From the NCBI GenBank assembly GCA_963813715.1, contig CAWFAK010000009.1, positions 480,001 through 544,000 of the forward strand: a stretch of 64,000 nucleotides of DNA, written 5' to 3'. The position numbers were made by a program, and so were the translations under genes. Position 1 is the first letter of the stretch. Every line of letters starts with the position of its first letter. Shown here piece by piece: positions 61,801 through 64,000 of this stretch. The stretch comes from an uncultured Planctomycetaceae bacterium. Its GTDB lineage: Bacteria > Planctomycetota > Planctomycetia > Planctomycetales > Planctomycetaceae. The notes beneath the pieces are model-generated. The model was not told the DNA's origin and did no database searches. It saw only the letters and a program-made list of their open reading frames with translations.

Positions 61801-64000
61801 GAGCCGGCGGCCGTTTCGCTCGACCTGGCGCACGCCGTCGCCCGCCTCTCGGGCGATAGCGCCACGATCGTCACCGTCACCAACGCGGCCGTGTTCTACA
61901 CGGTGGCGTTGCATTGGAACATCACGCAGGCCACCGCCGACACCTTCGTGCTGACGATGCCCGACTGGCTCGCCTCGCGGCTCGATCTGACCGATCCCCA
62001 CGCCGAGAGCGCGGCCAACCCGCGGCGGCGCGAGACTGTGTCGACGACGCTCCCCAATGGGCGCGTGCGCTGGGCCGTCGAGCTGCAAGAGCCGGTGGCC
62101 GACCAGCTCTTTCTGACGGCGACGGCCGTCCTGCCGCTCCCCAAGGACGGCAAGATTGTCGCGCCGACGATCGGATTCGAGAGTGAAGAGTCGTCCGGAG
62201 CCGAACGCCGCTTCGACCCCCTGGCGACGCAGCGGCATTTTGTCGTGCTGGTGAACCAGTCGGCGGCGCAGCTGTCCGAGGCGGCCGGCAACCCGATCGA
62301 AACCGTCGAGCGAAGTAGCTTGCCGATCCAGCTCGATGCGCAGTTGCTCCGCGAGGCGATGCTCGTCGGACGGCTCACGCGCAGCGACGTCGCGGCGACC
62401 TGGCGGCTCGATCGGCCCGCCGTGCGTCGCGGCCCCGCGGCCTTCGTGAATCTTGCCGACCTGATCACGGTGCTCGAGCACGGCGGCAGCTGGCGGACGC
62501 AGGCCACCTATCGGGTCAAAAACGTGTCGCGGCAATTCCTGCCCGTCGAGATCCCCGAGCAATCGGAAATTCTGTCGGTGGTGGTGAAGGACAAGCCGGC
62601 CCGGCCCGTCCGCGCCACCATCGGCGGCAAGGCGCTCAACCTGATCCCGCTGCCGGAAGCCAGCGAAGGCGACCTGTCGTTCGACGTCAAACTGATCGTC
62701 GCCGGCAAGCTGCCGGGCGGCTCGCTGCCGCAAGGCCTGCAGTTGGCGGAGCAGCAGGTGGCGCTGGTCGCGCCGCAGGTGGTTTCCGGGGAAGGCGACG
62801 CCGACTTTGGCATCCCGGTCGCCCGCACGCGCTGGACCGTGTGGCTGCCCGACGACGAGCGAGTCCGCGTGCTCACCTCGGCGCAAGACACGAATCTCGA
62901 ACGGGCCGACGAATCTTCGGCCACGCAGCTCGAGCGTTCGGCACTCGTGGACGAAGCCAAGCAACTGCTCTCCGTGATCGAATCGAACCCGACGGGCAAC
63001 AGCACCGACCTGGCAGTCGGCAACTTGTCGAAAATCAATTCGCGGCTCAACAGTGAAAGCCAGGGCTGGGGGGGAAACCGGGCTGGGGGGGAAACGCCGG
63101 ATTTGTCGCACAGGACGAATGGCAGCGCGAGCAGTCCGTCAAGCAGCAGATCGAAGCGGTCGAGAAGCAGCAAAGTGATTCAAAATCGAAGCCGGCTTCC
63201 AAGGAGTCGGCCGACAAAACGCTGACGCCGGAAAGTCAGGCAGCCCAGGCCCGCGACCTGTTCAGAATGAACGAGGCCCCTGGCGAACAAGGACAAAAGG
63301 GAGGGGGAGAGTCCGTGGCGGTGCCGGAATTCCGCTTCCCGACTGGAGTTGCAAAACGATCGACAAGTCTCCTCGTCGCGCCCGACCGCAAGAGTTGCGG
63401 CAAGGGAAGGACAAGGAGCTCGCGTACGACCTGGTCGACGACGCTACCGTGAATTCCAAAAAGGACGAGAAACAGTCGGCGCCTCAATCGGGGCTCGGCC
63501 AGTTCGGGGCGCCGATCTTTTCCTCGACTCCCGGCACGCCGCACAATGTGGCCGGTAACGCCGATTTCGGCTTCCCGATTGTTCAAGGCCCCTCGCCGCA
63601 GCTAGGTCCGTCCGGTAATGGCGACCTCTCGCGGCCGCATTCGGCAGGCACGCTGTCGCTGGCGTTCGACATCCCGCAAGAGGGCCAGATGCTGGTCTTC
63701 ACCAAGGCGGGCGGCGATCCCAAGCTGGCGTTCGAGCTGCGGCCGCAAAAGTCGTACGATTTGCTGTTCGGCGCACTTTGGACCTTGCCCTGGTTGTTCC
63801 TGTTGCTGCTGGTGCTCTTGCTGGCGACTCGCTCGTCCGCACCGGCGGCCCGGCGACAACTTCCTTATGCACTCGTCGCGCTGGGGCTCGTGCTGTTCGT
63901 GCTGCTGCCGCTGCCGTTGGGGCTGTTCGGGCTGCTCTTCGTCGTCGTCGGGACAATCTGGGTGCTGAGCGCGTGGCAGCGCCCAACTGTTGGCGGCTGA
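55885..64000 (+). CDS. Giant (~2700 aa) secreted/multi-pass hypothetical protein, paralogous to the upstream gene, several frameshifts
   Basis: RBS GGAGG and ATG 55885 overlapping the upstream stop; pieces in ORFs 55879-57186, 56790-57221, 57226-63225, 63395-64000; TM clusters near 59040-59160, 59680-60010 and the C-terminus; stop TGA 63998-64000. Confidence 0.75.
55920..56017. repeat. Inverted family B REP doublet inside the 5' coding region of the giant gene
   Basis: gggtggcactggcggcttgtccgccagtgtc (55920-55950) and gacactggcggacaagccgccggtgccact (55988-56017). Confidence 0.85.

Noticed and set aside
59392..63111. Minus-strand ORFs 59392-60909 and 60979-63111
   Set aside because: Shadow frames of the giant + strand gene
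1..64000. tRNA, rRNA, prophage, defence system or biosynthetic cluster
   Set aside because: No recognisable signatures by eye; a covariance-model scan would be needed to exclude small ncRNAs in the 9405-9898, 22693-23071 and 26302-26893 intergenic regions

Overview
GC-rich chromosomal window, almost certainly from a Planctomycete (DUF1559 prepilin-type gene, SDSDV-repeat HTH protein, Ser/Thr kinase-FGE-DUF1080 fusion). Many genes are broken by single-base indels, most likely long-read assembly errors. Left part: a signalling/stress block with a hybrid kinase, a giant poly-HAMP hybrid kinase, two paralogous Tyr/Gly-rich secreted proteins, a PDZ protein, an NtrC-type regulator, BON and DUF4142 genes, and two good sigma-54 promoters. 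Middle: mixed housekeeping and accessory genes, plus a sigma-54 two-component system divergent from a TRASH-like lipoprotein and the DUF1559 gene. Right part: an imuA-imuB-dnaE2 mutagenesis cassette, an orphan ParA and two very large uncharacterised secreted/membrane proteins. The most unusual signal is the set of short palindromic elements. Three homologous hairpins built from 7-bp repeats sit in frame inside dnaE2 and imuB. A GTAG-type REP family occurs in three states: empty, filled by a 169-bp MITE with a TGGCA target duplication, and carrying only the duplicated TGGCA footprint. An IS481-like end abuts one copy of that REP family, and a doublet of a second REP family is translated inside a signal peptide. 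No rRNA, tRNA or CRISPR array was recognised.
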